A DNA stretch of 64,000 bases, from contig JBHLPR010000003.1 in the NCBI GenBank assembly GCA_048939245.1, positions 1 through 64,000 on the forward strand, written 5' to 3'. This stretch comes from Promethearchaeota archaeon. GTDB taxonomy: Archaea > Asgardarchaeota > Hermodarchaeia > Hermodarchaeales > Hermodarchaeaceae. A program made the translations under genes and the position numbers. Below the pieces are notes generated by a model. It was not told the origin of the DNA, did no database searches, and was given only the letters and a program-made list of their open reading frames with translations. Of this stretch, positions 26,935 to 37,239 are shown piece after piece (the stretch's first letter is position 1; each line of letters starts with the position of its first letter).

Positions 26935-28023
26935 CTAAAGGTCTGTGAAACTTTTAACAGTCTTTGAATCCAAGCCTTTCACTACTTCTACGAGCAAATC
27001 AATGGTTTGCTCAACGTCGTTTAGGTTTAGAATACCAACGTGGCTGTGGATGTGGCGTGTTGGCACACCAATAACCAAGCTGGGGCATCCCACTCGATCT
27101 AGGTGAATGACACCCGCATCTGTTCCGCCACCATACATTTGAGATAATTGGTAAGGTATTTTGGCTTTCTTCGCAGTTTTTATTACGAAGTCGAGTAAGG
27201 GTTGGTTGGGAATCATTGATCGATCCATGGTGCAAAATGCTGGTCCCTTGCCCAATTTTGTAGCAGCTTGTTCGGGTTTGATTCCAGGCATGTCGCCGGC
27301 GAGGTCAACTTCTAGAGCGAAACCAACATCTGGTTCAATGAGATGTGCAGTTGTCCGTGCGCCTCGTAGACCAACTTCTTCTTGTACTGTGGCCGCTCCA
27401 ATTACGGTATTCGGATGGCTAATCGATTCTTTCTTCAGTTGATAAACAACCTCCATAGCGATGAATGCTCCAAGACGGTCATCGAAAGCCTTTGCAGCAG
27501 CTAATTTCCCATCCCGAATCAATTGGAAAGATGAATCAGGAATTATGGGATCTCCGATTTGAATTCCCATTTCTTTGATGTCGTCTTCAGATGATGCCCC
27601 TACGTCGAGGAACATTTGATCGAGTTCTACGAGCTTCTTTCGTTCGTCTGGTTTTAGAATGTGGGGAGGCTTGGCTCCAAAAACGCCGAAATATTGCTCA
27701 TTTTTACGCGTTTTGATAATTACCCTTTGGGCGAGAACAACCTGGCTCCACCATCCACCCAAAGGATTTACTTTGAGAAATCCATCTTTGGTGATTCCTG
27801 AGACGATGAATCCTACCTCATCAACGTGGCCTGCAAAAAGTATTCGCGGTGTTTTCGCTGTTCCTTTTTTGATGAACTGAACACTTCCGAGTTTGTCAAT
27901 GGTGATTTCATCGGCAATTGGACGCATTGTCTTAGCAACGATGGCAGAGGCTTCTCGTTCGAAACCACTTGGTCCAAATGCATCTACCAGGGTTTGTAAT
28001 AGTTTTATCCGTCTTTTATTCAT
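26935..28023 (-). CDS. M42 (TET) aminopeptidase
   Basis: GPSGFE, AGHVDEVG, KAFDDR, VQEEVGLRGA, GGTDAG, RHIHS. Confidence 0.95.
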   Translation of the reverse strand: MNKRRIKLLQTLVDAFGPSGFEREASAIVAKTMRPIADEITIDKLGSVQFIKKGTAKTPRILFAGHVDEVGFIVSGITKDGFLKVNPLGGWWSQVVLAQRVIIKTRKNEQYFGVFGAKPPHILKPDERKKLVELDQMFLDVGASSEDDIKEMGIQIGDPIIPDSSFQLIRDGKLAAAKAFDDRLGAFIAMEVVYQLKKESISHPNTVIGAATVQEEVGLRGARTTAHLIEPDVGFALEVDLAGDMPGIKPEQAATKLGKGPAFCTMDRSMIPNQPLLDFVIKTAKKAKIPYQLSQMYGGGTDAGVIHLDRVGCPSLVIGVPTRHIHSHVGILNLNDVEQTIDLLVEVVKGLDSKTVKSFTDL

Positions 28024-28170
28024 GAGATGGCACCTAACACGAATTCATCTCATTAGTTAGATAAGCTTTTTTCAGGCTGCAGAACTTTATCAAGAACCGG
28101 GTCTTTTTCTAGGAAGAAACAAGTTTATCCTTCATGAGGGGACAATTCAGGTGTAACGGAGTGTTCAAAG

Positions 28171-28992
28171 ATGACTTTGAAAGTTGAGGAGCTCGCTAAA
28201 CTAATTGATCATACACGACTCAAACCGGAGACAAAACAAGCTAAGATTTCGGAACTCTGCGAAGAAGCAATAGCTTACGATTTCGCATCAGTATGCATCA
28301 ACCCCGTGCATGTGAAGTATGCCGCGGAGTTATTACAAGACTCTTCAGTAGCAGTTTGTGCTGTTGTGGGATTTCCCTTAGGTGCCACATTTTCGAAAGC
28401 CAAAGCATTTGAGGCAAAGGAAGCGCTTGATAAAGGCGCTTCCGAGCTTGATATGGTAATTAACATCGGAGCGCTTAAAGACAAACACTATGACTTGGTT
28501 CAATCGGATATCGAAGCCGTTGTAAGTGTAGCTGATGGAGCAATAGTGAAAGTCATTCTTGAAACGGGCTTCCTCATCGATGATGAAAAACGGCAAGCCT
28601 GTCTTCTTTGTAAAGATGCTGGGGCAGATTTTGTGAAAACATCTACTGGATTTGGGCCAATGGGCGCTACACCATATGATGTGAAGTTAATGCGAGAAAC
28701 TGTAGGTAACAAAATGGGTGTAAAAGCAGCGGGAGGCATTCGAACCTTCAAGGATGCGTTACGCATGGTTGATGCAGGCGCAAACCGTCTGGGCACCAGT
28801 TCTGGTGTAGCCATAATAGAGGGCTTTCGTTGGGCAGGTTATAGTGATACATTTCTTGAACCTGACAAACCATGTTGGACTTGCCCAAGTCGACAAGCGA
28901 GTCTGGCCAAACAACCCAAGGAAGTGTATCTCTGGTATAAACAAAGATGTGTCACATGTCCGCATCGTGATCAAAACGTTTTCAATGATTAG
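28171..28992 (+). CDS. deoC: Deoxyribose-phosphate aldolase with Cys-rich C-terminal extension
   Basis: [40 protein letters not shown]; tail CWTC...CVTCPH. Confidence 0.95.
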   Translation: MTLKVEELAKLIDHTRLKPETKQAKISELCEEAIAYDFASVCINPVHVKYAAELLQDSSVAVCAVVGFPLGATFSKAKAFEAKEALDKGASELDMVINIGALKDKHYDLVQSDIEAVVSVADGAIVKVILETGFLIDDEKRQACLLCKDAGADFVKTSTGFGPMGATPYDVKLMRETVGNKMGVKAAGGIRTFKDALRMVDAGANRLGTSSGVAIIEGFRWAGYSDTFLEPDKPCWTCPSRQASLAKQPKEVYLWYKQRCVTCPHRDQNVFND

Positions 28993-29003
28993 GAGGCTTT
29001 CAG

Positions 29004-30791
29004 ATGGCAAACAAATCAAGTCAAGCATATGCTAACACGAAACTGCTTTGGGTTTCACTCACCAAACAAACCACTCAAGAAAAAACCCTTTCGCAGCCTC
29101 TTTTCACCCAATTCTTGGGGGGTCGTGGACTTGGAGTTAAAATCGTCTATGATCACGTTACTCCTGATATCGCACCTCTCGCTCCAGAGAATCTTTTGAT
29201 ATTTGCGATTGGTCCTCTGACGGCGACTGCTGCACCTACTGGAGGACGATTTGCAGTGGTTACAAAGTCTCCGTTAACTGGAACAATGTTTGATTCGAAT
29301 TGCGGGGGGCATTTTGGTCCCCAGCTACGTAAAGCGGGATATGCGGGATTAGTCTTAGAGGGGCGGGCTCAATCACCCACCTATTTATGGATTAATAACG
29401 AAACTGTTGAGTTTCGATCAGCTAAAGATATATGGGGTCAGGAGGTCAGTCCCTCCACCGATTACCTACTTGATGAAACCGATCAAAAAGCTCAAGTTGC
29501 ATGCATTGGACCAGCTGGAGAGAACCAAGTCAGGTTAGCTGCCATCATTAATGATAAACATCGTGCAGCTGGTCGGGGTGGCGTTGGCGCTGTAATGGGT
29601 TCCAAGAATTTGAAGGCACTTGTTATTCGTGGTACAAACCAAGTTTCAATTACAAATCCTGAACAGCTTGATCTGGTTGTAAATCGTTTACGGCGGCTTA
29701 TCAAGAAGGATTCCGTCACGAACAAATCCCTCCCCGTTTATGGAACTGCGGTCTTGGTCAATCTAATAAACGAATATGGAATGCTACCAACATACAACTT
29801 TCAGGAGGGCACCTTCAATGATGCTGAGGGGGTTTCAGGGGAAAAACTGTTAGAACGGTTCTTTGTTAAGAGGTATCATTGTTTTGGTTGCCCAATAGGT
29901 TGCGGTCGAATCACTGAAGTTCGTGGTGAAACAATTGGTGGTCCTGAATATGAAACAATTTGGGCATTAGGGCCTGAATGTGGTATCAACGATCTTGAAT
30001 GGATTACAACCGCCAATCATCGATGCAATGAGCTTGGGATGGACACCATCTCAGTGGGAAGCACAATTGGTTGTGCAATGGAACTTGCTAAGACTGGTAA
30101 CCTTAAAGCTGAATTAAAATTCGGTAAAACGAAGGGATTACTTGAACTCGTTGAGGATACTGCTTATGCTCGGGGTTTGGGGGCAGAAATTGGACAAGGA
30201 TCTAAAATTTTAGCTACAAGATACAACGCTCCGGATTTAGCTATGCAAGTGAAAGGGCTAGAACTTCCGGCTTATGATCCAAGAGGAGTTCAAGGACACG
30301 CATTGGCCTATGCTACTTCTAATCGTGGCGGCTGCCATCTACGGGCATACTTAATTGGCCCAGAAATTCTCGGGTCTCCTGTTCTTGTTGATCGCGACCG
30401 AATTGATGGGAAAGCTGAACTCGTTATTCTATTTCAGAATCTATCGGCAGCTATGGATTCCTTAGTCCTTTGCCGATTTACCACCTTTGCCTTCAGCGTC
30501 GAAGACTATGCAGACTTAATTAGTGCAGCCACCTCCTTGACGGTGACCGGAAAAGACTTTCTCCAAATTGGGGAAAGGATTTGGAACTTGGAACGGTTGT
30601 TTAATCTCCGTGAAGGATTTACTGCTGAAGATGACTGCCTCCCTCCACGATTTTCCAGTCCATTACCTGAGGGAGGTTCTCGAAACCGGATAGCTCATTT
30701 AGACAAAATGCTTCCTAAATACTATAAACTTCGAGGCTGGGACACTAAAGGGCAACCAGAAAAATCGCGTCTAAACCAGCTTGAGCTCTAG
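29004..30791 (+). CDS. aor: Tungsten aldehyde:ferredoxin oxidoreductase
   Basis: KSPLTG, IGPAGE, GRGGVGAVMGSKNLKA, CFGCPIGC, PEYET, YDPRG, RGGCH. Confidence 0.95.
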   Translation: MANKSSQAYANTKLLWVSLTKQTTQEKTLSQPLFTQFLGGRGLGVKIVYDHVTPDIAPLAPENLLIFAIGPLTATAAPTGGRFAVVTKSPLTGTMFDSNCGGHFGPQLRKAGYAGLVLEGRAQSPTYLWINNETVEFRSAKDIWGQEVSPSTDYLLDETDQKAQVACIGPAGENQVRLAAIINDKHRAAGRGGVGAVMGSKNLKALVIRGTNQVSITNPEQLDLVVNRLRRLIKKDSVTNKSLPVYGTAVLVNLINEYGMLPTYNFQEGTFNDAEGVSGEKLLERFFVKRYHCFGCPIGCGRITEVRGETIGGPEYETIWALGPECGINDLEWITTANHRCNELGMDTISVGSTIGCAMELAKTGNLKAELKFGKTKGLLELVEDTAYARGLGAEIGQGSKILATRYNAPDLAMQVKGLELPAYDPRGVQGHALAYATSNRGGCHLRAYLIGPEILGSPVLVDRDRIDGKAELVILFQNLSAAMDSLVLCRFTTFAFSVEDYADLISAATSLTVTGKDFLQIGERIWNLERLFNLREGFTAEDDCLPPRFSSPLPEGGSRNRIAHLDKMLPKYYKLRGWDTKGQPEKSRLNQLEL

Positions 30792-30820
30792 AACCATATG
30801 GTGCATTTAGAGGTAATTGA

Positions 30821-31441
30821 ATGGTAAATCCTACAAATTCTACGGTTTCTATCCTGTTTGCTCGAATTCTTTCTAATCTTCTATCTCCGCCTATTATTGC
30901 ACTTGGTGCGGTTTTGGTCCTTGCGTTTTATTCTCCCATCGGAACTGGTATTATCTTTCCTTGGCATTCGTTTCTCATCGGACTCATTTTCGTCGTCATT
31001 GGTCCCGTCGTTCCTCTCTCTTTCATGGTGGCGTGGGGCAGAATTACTTTCGATGTCAAAAATCGCCGTGATCGTCCTCTCCTTTATCTTGCTGCCATTA
31101 TTGTCTACATTACGGGAGCGATGGTTGCATGGTTTTATCAGAATCATACCATGGCTGTTATTGCGGTTGCATATGCCGCTGTTACCTCAGCAATAACCTT
31201 GGTAAGCCTTTTTTGGAAAGTTTCCGCACACGCGGCAGGAGTTACGGGACCAATCACCAGCTTAATTTGGGTGTACGGTTTTATTCTGATTCCCTTCATG
31301 CTTTTGGCTGGAATCGTAGCTTGGGCACGATGGAAACTAAAACTCCATACTCCTTTACAGTTACTTAGCGGCATTCTCATCGCAATAGTGGTTACTGCGT
31401 GTGTTTATCTGATTTTCTGGGGTTTTCCAGTTGCTCTTTAG
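30821..31441 (+). CDS. PAP2-like membrane protein
   Basis: KVSAHAAG, WAR..LKLHT..Q..G; ~6 TM. Confidence 0.7.
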   Translation: MVNPTNSTVSILFARILSNLLSPPIIALGAVLVLAFYSPIGTGIIFPWHSFLIGLIFVVIGPVVPLSFMVAWGRITFDVKNRRDRPLLYLAAIIVYITGAMVAWFYQNHTMAVIAVAYAAVTSAITLVSLFWKVSAHAAGVTGPITSLIWVYGFILIPFMLLAGIVAWARWKLKLHTPLQLLSGILIAIVVTACVYLIFWGFPVAL

Positions 31442-31453
31442 ATTCTGAGCAGT

Positions 31454-34400
31454 TTAAGCAATCTCTATGTTCATAGTAATTGTATCTGGCAATCTGTTGG
31501 TTAAGTTCAGCTCATAGATTAGAATTCCTTTTGCTTCTCGATGTTCTGCAACAACAGGCAATCGAGGCAATTCAACCTGTGCTCCCGGAATTTGAATCAT
31601 CACAGCTTCAGGGTCTTGTGAAAGTGCGTCGACTCCTAAAATTTGTAGTGTTACTGTTGCAGCCAAATCCTCAGTAGTGATTAACCAGAATCCAATAGAC
31701 ACATTGTTTTCACTAGGCTTTTGGAGTGTGAGCCAACTTTGAATTTTATCGCCTTTGTAGGTGCTGCATAAAATTGGGGTTATTTCGTACCAAATAAGAT
31801 CAGTAGGTTTTGTTGATGGACGAAGATTAGAGAAAGTGCGCGTTTTCATCTGTATTTGTCCGTCAATGGAGATTTCGGGTTCAATTTGGAGGCTGATTCG
31901 AAACTGTTCATCAGCTAGAGTAAAACTTGTTTCAGCGTCCTCGAGTCGAAAACCAGAATCGAGGATAGACTCGTCACCCAGTTGGAAAGCCCATTGCCGT
32001 TCTAATTGTGTCGCTAACTGGGCTTGTTCTTTCGAACCGATTTGACTTGCCTCACGAAGTAGTTCGGTTAATTGTCGTCGAACCGAATCAAGCTTGTCTT
32101 TGCCTTGAGCTAGACTTGTAAATGTCAAAGGAACTTGGGTGTTCAATATCCTTGAAGCTTGTAACCGAGTAGCGGCTTCAGTTACGTCGATACTTTCTAA
32201 GGCTTCGATTCCCTCTTGATAGACTAGATCCCATTCTTTGAAAATAAGAATTTGTGTGGATAGCGTCGGATTTGTTCTTAGGCGTGTCTGCATTAATTGG
32301 TTGTATTGAGATAATGCCGCTTCGATTGTGATGGGGTTCTCTTCCTTTGCTGCTGCTTTGAGTGCTTTTTCAATTTGGGTTGTTGCTCTTCGTAATAGGC
32401 GGTGTTGGGCACCTGCAGATGTTGACAGAGTTGCCAGTTTTGCTGTGGCGCTTCCTGCGGCACTTAAAGCCAGAATTTCATTGTGTGTATCACCTTGGGC
32501 TGCAGCAGCTTTCGCTAGTGTCTGAGCAAGGTTTTCGCTTTTTGTCAATAGGGTTTCCCATTGTGAATCTTCTGCTGGGTGTTCATCATGAACTAGGGCG
32601 TTGATATTTCGCAGTAATAGGAATGCAAAGGGATACGTTGTTTTCGTTATCTTGTCAACGGCAGGCATAAACGTGAGGGTCTGCTCCACAAACTCTTGTG
32701 CGTCTTTTTTCAATTTATATGCGTCTTGAACATCAGTTACCTTTGATATACGCTGGAGAAGAATCCAAATTAGAAGCGATCCAGCTTTCAAAGCCTTTGC
32801 TTGATGTCGTCCTTTTACCTGTGCCACCATTGCCGTGGTTGCATAATCTTCCAATTTATCCAGATCCTTTGTGGGAAAGGATGCACTAATTTTTCCTGAG
32901 GAATCTGGCGTTACAGTTGAAATTAAGAGCTGCAAGGCTAATTGTGCACGTATTTTGGGGTCTTTGGTTTGAAAATAGAGGTGTTCGTTAAGTTGATTAC
33001 TTCGTTCCATCAGCAGGTGTGCTGACTCACTTATGGTTGCAACTGGTCTCTGTGAGAGTTGTTGGGTTATCTTCGATACAACCTCAAGATCTTGGTCGTT
33101 GATTTTGGTCGATGGGGAAATCTCTGGAATCAATTGAGTTGCGTATTTCGCTGCCGTGCTTAGAAGGCTATCCTTCTCTGCGTCAGGGGCCGCTTCAGTA
33201 AGGCGGAGTATGGCTTTTATCAATTCACGGTGAATTGCCAGGGAAGCTTCAGGTTCCGTATTAAGTTGTTGCAATTGATTAAGTGCGATTTGTTGGAATT
33301 TCACATGTAATTTTGCCAACACATAACGAGCTTCAGAGGCTTCAATTTTTGGCATTAATCTGGCGAGAAGTCTGTCCAGCTGCTTTGACATGCGAAGAAT
33401 GAGATTTTGGTCTATGGGACGATCCAATAAGGGTATTGTGCTGATGAGTGTTTTGAGTGTGCCCGTGGTCGCTTCTTCAAGGATTTCTGGTGAGTCTGAA
33501 GAAATCTCGCCAGTTAAGCGGAGAATATAGTCAAGCTGTTTGACAGCTCTGGCTATATCATCAAGTGCCCGATAATTGAATACCGCGGTGCGTGCAAATC
33601 GTAGACTTCGTAATAGATCATCTCCGAACGCTTTATCCGATTTTCCCTGTGCCATTTCAAACCAGAGTGTGCTTGCCCGTGTTGCCAATTTCGCGGTTGA
33701 GTAGGCATCTCGAAGTTCAATTGCTGCGTTCATTGCAGTCGTTAGATGCTTAAGCTGTGACTGACGCAGTTTCTGGGTTGACATGGTTTGGTGTAGGCGA
33801 TCTTTCAAATGCTGTTCGCTGATGTCCAAAACCTTCAGATCATCAATCGATTGAAGCGCTGTTACGATGATCTTTCCTGTTTCTCTCCCTCTGTCCTCCA
33901 TTATCTTATGAAGGGCTTTCCAATTTCTTGTGAGTTTACGTAATAGGGCAATTTGTTTTGTGGGGTCATCCTCTTGTGTGAATTCATTGATTGTGTCTTT
34001 GGCTTTGGCTGTCTGGTAGGCAAGAAGTGAGTTTCGCTGAAACTTTTCAGCAAATTCAATGATTTGCTCTAATTCCGCTTTCATTGTGGTTTCAGGAATA
34101 ATGAGAAGGCGGTGTAATAGTATTTGTAAGACTGTTTCTATTGTTGAGGCATTCGTATCTTCTAGGGTTTCCAGAATCGTGGCTATTGCTGAAGCTTCAA
34201 GCGCAATTAACTCTTTTCGGAAATCTCCGTCTGGGACAATCCCTAAAAGCCAATGGCTTTTCCATAGAAGTTCTACGGGTTCGACTTTGCGTTTAGCTGT
34301 GATATCTGCCAAAGTGCTTTCTAGGTGGTGTCGACCAAAATAGCGCGTTTCAAGGGCCTCATGAATCGTAAGATCCGTATTCTTTGCTAACGTGACTGCA

Positions 34401-34531
34401 TCTTGAAGTTTCTTTTCATAAAGAAAGATTTGGCTTAAATTATTGATTCCCCGCTTGTCAAGTTTCTTTTGAAGTTTTGTAGGAAGGCTTGATAAATCTG
34501 ATAAAGAAATGGAAAGGTCAATGCCAACCAT
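31454..34531 (-). CDS. Large hypothetical protein (HhH-like N-terminus, long helical repeat region, beta-rich C-terminus)
   Basis: ~1025-aa uninterrupted ORF, Leu/Ala/Gln-rich amphipathic helices. Confidence 0.75.
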   Translation of the reverse strand: MVGIDLSISLSDLSSLPTKLQKKLDKRGINNLSQIFLYEKKLQDAVTLAKNTDLTIHEALETRYFGRHHLESTLADITAKRKVEPVELLWKSHWLLGIVPDGDFRKELIALEASAIATILETLEDTNASTIETVLQILLHRLLIIPETTMKAELEQIIEFAEKFQRNSLLAYQTAKAKDTINEFTQEDDPTKQIALLRKLTRNWKALHKIMEDRGRETGKIIVTALQSIDDLKVLDISEQHLKDRLHQTMSTQKLRQSQLKHLTTAMNAAIELRDAYSTAKLATRASTLWFEMAQGKSDKAFGDDLLRSLRFARTAVFNYRALDDIARAVKQLDYILRLTGEISSDSPEILEEATTGTLKTLISTIPLLDRPIDQNLILRMSKQLDRLLARLMPKIEASEARYVLAKLHVKFQQIALNQLQQLNTEPEASLAIHRELIKAILRLTEAAPDAEKDSLLSTAAKYATQLIPEISPSTKINDQDLEVVSKITQQLSQRPVATISESAHLLMERSNQLNEHLYFQTKDPKIRAQLALQLLISTVTPDSSGKISASFPTKDLDKLEDYATTAMVAQVKGRHQAKALKAGSLLIWILLQRISKVTDVQDAYKLKKDAQEFVEQTLTFMPAVDKITKTTYPFAFLLLRNINALVHDEHPAEDSQWETLLTKSENLAQTLAKAAAAQGDTHNEILALSAAGSATAKLATLSTSAGAQHRLLRRATTQIEKALKAAAKEENPITIEAALSQYNQLMQTRLRTNPTLSTQILIFKEWDLVYQEGIEALESIDVTEAATRLQASRILNTQVPLTFTSLAQGKDKLDSVRRQLTELLREASQIGSKEQAQLATQLERQWAFQLGDESILDSGFRLEDAETSFTLADEQFRISLQIEPEISIDGQIQMKTRTFSNLRPSTKPTDLIWYEITPILCSTYKGDKIQSWLTLQKPSENNVSIGFWLITTEDLAATVTLQILGVDALSQDPEAVMIQIPGAQVELPRLPVVAEHREAKGILIYELNLTNRLPDTITMNIEIA

Positions 34532-34594
34532 TTTATTCACCACTTTCACTAGTTAGGGGCGCAAAACAAGAATAAGAAATTTTGCAGAATGGCA

Positions 34595-34675
34595 TTACTC
34601 GCCCTTCACTCTCAAAGATTCAATACGTTAGTTAAGCCCCGTTACAAGTTCCTCAACTGCCTCATCTGGAATCCT
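34595..34675 (-). pseudogene. Degenerate duplicate of the last 26 codons of metG
   Basis: Translates RIPDEAVEELVTGLN*RIESLRVKGE* versus metG end KISDEAVEKLATGLNQRIESARAKAK*. Confidence 0.9.
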
Positions 34676-34732
34676 TGAAATCATTACTATAGGTTGGGGA
34701 AATTCTTATCCTAGGTAAACTGGATCCTTCTT

Positions 34733-35302
34733 TCACCTCTCCTCAGTTATTTTAGTAGAGGTGAGCTGCTCACTTTGATGAATACCTTCACCTACCCAAT
34801 AATTGCCCTGTTTCACGATAGTTTTTCCTTCTCTGTGTTCCCAGTATAGTTGAGTCAAGAGGAGGGGCCAGGACCCAAGAACAAGGACACCCAAAATGAA
34901 AGTGACGAATCCGGCAATTAGGGTTGCTACTATCCCGAGTCCAACAGGGAAGTACAAATGGAGCCACGATATTCCATACTGAATTAGGAAAGTCTGGATT
35001 AACACCAAAGGTATCAAGATTAACAAGTGCCACCATCGAATATGTCTGATTTTTTCACGGGAAGGAATCTCTGCAGGAAGCCTAGCAGACCAACCTAATT
35101 CATAGTGTACTTGAGGTATGCCACTCAGTAAGAAGCTAAGCGAGAGACTAATCAACCCTGGAACGCTGATTAAGAAAAACCTCCAAGGGGTCGTCACTGC
35201 AAGCCATATTAATAGAAAAGCAATTGGAGTCCAACCAAGAGTAATGGTTAGGCGTCGATTGCGAAGGACATTCCACCGTGAAATCGAAGCACTAACGGAT
35301 AT
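34733..35302 (-). CDS. Hypothetical membrane protein (frame open to ATA at 35302; first standard start GTG 35197)
   Basis: Several TM segments; ATA sits at the same distance from GAGGGA as the ATG at 41443 in the paralogous leader. Confidence 0.55.
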   Translation of the reverse strand: MSVSASISRWNVLRNRRLTITLGWTPIAFLLIWLAVTTPWRFFLISVPGLISLSLSFLLSGIPQVHYELGWSARLPAEIPSREKIRHIRWWHLLILIPLVLIQTFLIQYGISWLHLYFPVGLGIVATLIAGFVTFILGVLVLGSWPLLLTQLYWEHREGKTIVKQGNYWVGEGIHQSEQLTSTKITEER

Positions 35303-35305
35303 GGT

Positions 35306-35542
35306 CTATTCCCTCTATCTGGACTAGGTGATTCCAAGACCAAAAATATTACTAAATCAGAAGCTAACTTGATTCTTGTATAGCCATCTAGTGCATTTAC
35401 CGAAGATGTAAGATCCGTTATCCATCGAAGTAGAATGGTGGTTTTTTATCATAGCGCTGCATAATGAAAGGTTGTTTGAACAACAGGCTAAGAAATTTTG
35501 CGGAATGGCGTTTCTTGTCTTTTTCTCTCAATGATTCAATAT
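35306..35542. repeat. ~240-bp direct repeat of 41447-41700 (metG end plus downstream leader)
   Basis: Shared blocks ggactaggtgattccaagaccaaaaatattac, gaagatgtaagatcc, gcataatga..aacaacaggctaagaaatttt, gattcaata. Confidence 0.9.
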
Positions 35543-35583
35543 TTTAGTAGGTTTGCTTTAGCAAAAACGAAAAGAAGGGAAGA

Positions 35584-35897
35584 ATGAAAAACGAGGAAGT
35601 TGATGATAATTCACTTTTGGAGGGAAATTCGGTGTATTGGAAACGTGTGCCTGTTTGGGTTCCAGGCGCGTTGATCACAATTATTGTATGGCTTGTTGTA
35701 CTTTACATCATTCTCACTTTTTTTTCCAATTGCGCCCGAACAGCAACCCATACTTGTATTAGTCACCGTAATGATATTCCTGATATGTTCGGGGTCAGTG
35801 CTCTATTACTGGCTTCAACGGCTTTTTGGGACCCGATACAATCCCGACATTTAGAGTAGGAGCTTTAGTAACCTTTTTGGTCTCGGATTCACCTAAT
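35584..35897 (+). pseudogene. Membrane protein pseudogene (frameshift in T8 run, internal stop)
   Basis: Hydrophobic reading continues after the T8 run in another frame (FPIAPEQQPILVLVTVMIFLICSGSVLYYWLQRLF...). Confidence 0.55.
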
Positions 35898-35917
35898 CCA
35901 ATTAGAGGGAAAAAACA

Positions 35918-36346
35918 AATTCTAGCAAAGAATCTCGGACGAACTATAGTGAACCTATCTACTTCCTTATCTTCATTGTATCACCACTACTCCTTGTCTT
36001 TCTTATGCTGGCCACTTTGATAGCTAACGCCTTGTGGATCATTATCTATGCGATACCCTATGTTATCGTAATGCCGCTTTGGTTTTACATCGATACCCGA
36101 ATACGCCGTAAATTACTAGGAGACGGAGCAAAATACGCTGTTTTATTGGTTGTCCATGGCATATCCATTATTTTACTAACTTTCAATTGGATGCTGGCGA
36201 CACCTGAACCTCTGCCGTTCTGGCCTCTTTTCGTGTGGGGGTTTTGGGTGGTTTTCATCTTATTCATTAGTTCTGTCATTTGTGAGCGGTTCTTAAAACC
36301 CAAGTTTCGTTCATTGTATGAGCAATCAGAACCAGGTCATTTCTAG
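35918..36346 (+). pseudogene. Frameshifted membrane protein, inverted paralog of 41047..41443
   Basis: SKESRTNYSEPIYFLIFIVSPL / YIDTRI / CERFLKPK match SENESRRDFSEPIF-FISFVVSPL / YVDARI / CERFLKPK; start codon lost. Confidence 0.7.
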
Positions 36347-36363
36347 TTTTTTTCCACCGTAGA

Positions 36364-37200
36364 TTAAGTTTTTCGCTTTAAGAGAATAACAATAACAATA
36401 ACTACTATGCTAATGCCAATACTGATTGCTACTATCTTAAGAGTCTGGTCAGATAGAGCGCCCTCAATGCTATCACTAACAACAATATTATCAATCGAGG
36501 AATTCCCCTGAAAAGAAACAAAACTGAATGTTTCCGATGTGGTGACTCTATCATCCGTTATCTCGATAACTAATTCTGAATTGAGATTGATTTGAAACTG
36601 GCCTGGTAAATCTCGTATGATTTCAAAATGAAATACCTCATTAGCTCTTGTGATGATAGGGTGTCTAGCTAATATGTAACGCTCCAATCCTTGGAATAAC
36701 TCAAAGTAGATCTCACCATTAACAAATGAGTCTAAAATTAATGCATAACCATCCATATTAGGAACCTGGGATACTCCAGATAAATTGTAATTGTTTTCTA
36801 AATCTGTATATACAAAATTAACAGAATCGAAGGAAACATTACTACTGGATACATGCCAATCAAAACTCCAAGTACCATATGCCGTACTACTATTATGGAT
36901 AGCTCTTCTTAGATGGGTCAGGTCTCCGTGGTATCCAACATTAGGCCAGTAGTAATAGACATCTTCAGCTGTCAGCGTTCCATTCTCAATAGTGAATCCA
37001 TGATCAACTTCACAAAATACATCATCAACTAGTTCGTATCCCTGGAGAATCCAATCGTCCAAGGAATCTATATTATCAACCTCAAAATCTTCACTCCAAA
37101 ATTGTCCTGCAGATACTGTGATAGGAAAGAGAGTGGAAAGGACTAAGAATAATACAGTGGATAAAACAAGTATTCGAAATGAGATAGATCTATGAACCAA
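36364..37200 (-). CDS. Secreted, C-terminally anchored beta-sandwich (ConA/LamG-like) protein
   Basis: Signal peptide, WSEDF, AYGTWSFDW, SSIDNIVVSD, C-terminal TM plus basic tail. Confidence 0.75.
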   Translation of the reverse strand: MVHRSISFRILVLSTVLFLVLSTLFPITVSAGQFWSEDFEVDNIDSLDDWILQGYELVDDVFCEVDHGFTIENGTLTAEDVYYYWPNVGYHGDLTHLRRAIHNSSTAYGTWSFDWHVSSSNVSFDSVNFVYTDLENNYNLSGVSQVPNMDGYALILDSFVNGEIYFELFQGLERYILARHPIITRANEVFHFEIIRDLPGQFQINLNSELVIEITDDRVTTSETFSFVSFQGNSSIDNIVVSDSIEGALSDQTLKIVAISIGISIVVIVIVILLKRKT

Positions 37201-37239
37201 AGTTCCACCACAATTTCTCTCTGTTCCTTTAATCTAATC

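Noticed and set aside
35300-35302. ATA as a third non-canonical start
   Set aside because: Lies in a decaying island where a sister copy has also lost its ATG; more likely mutation
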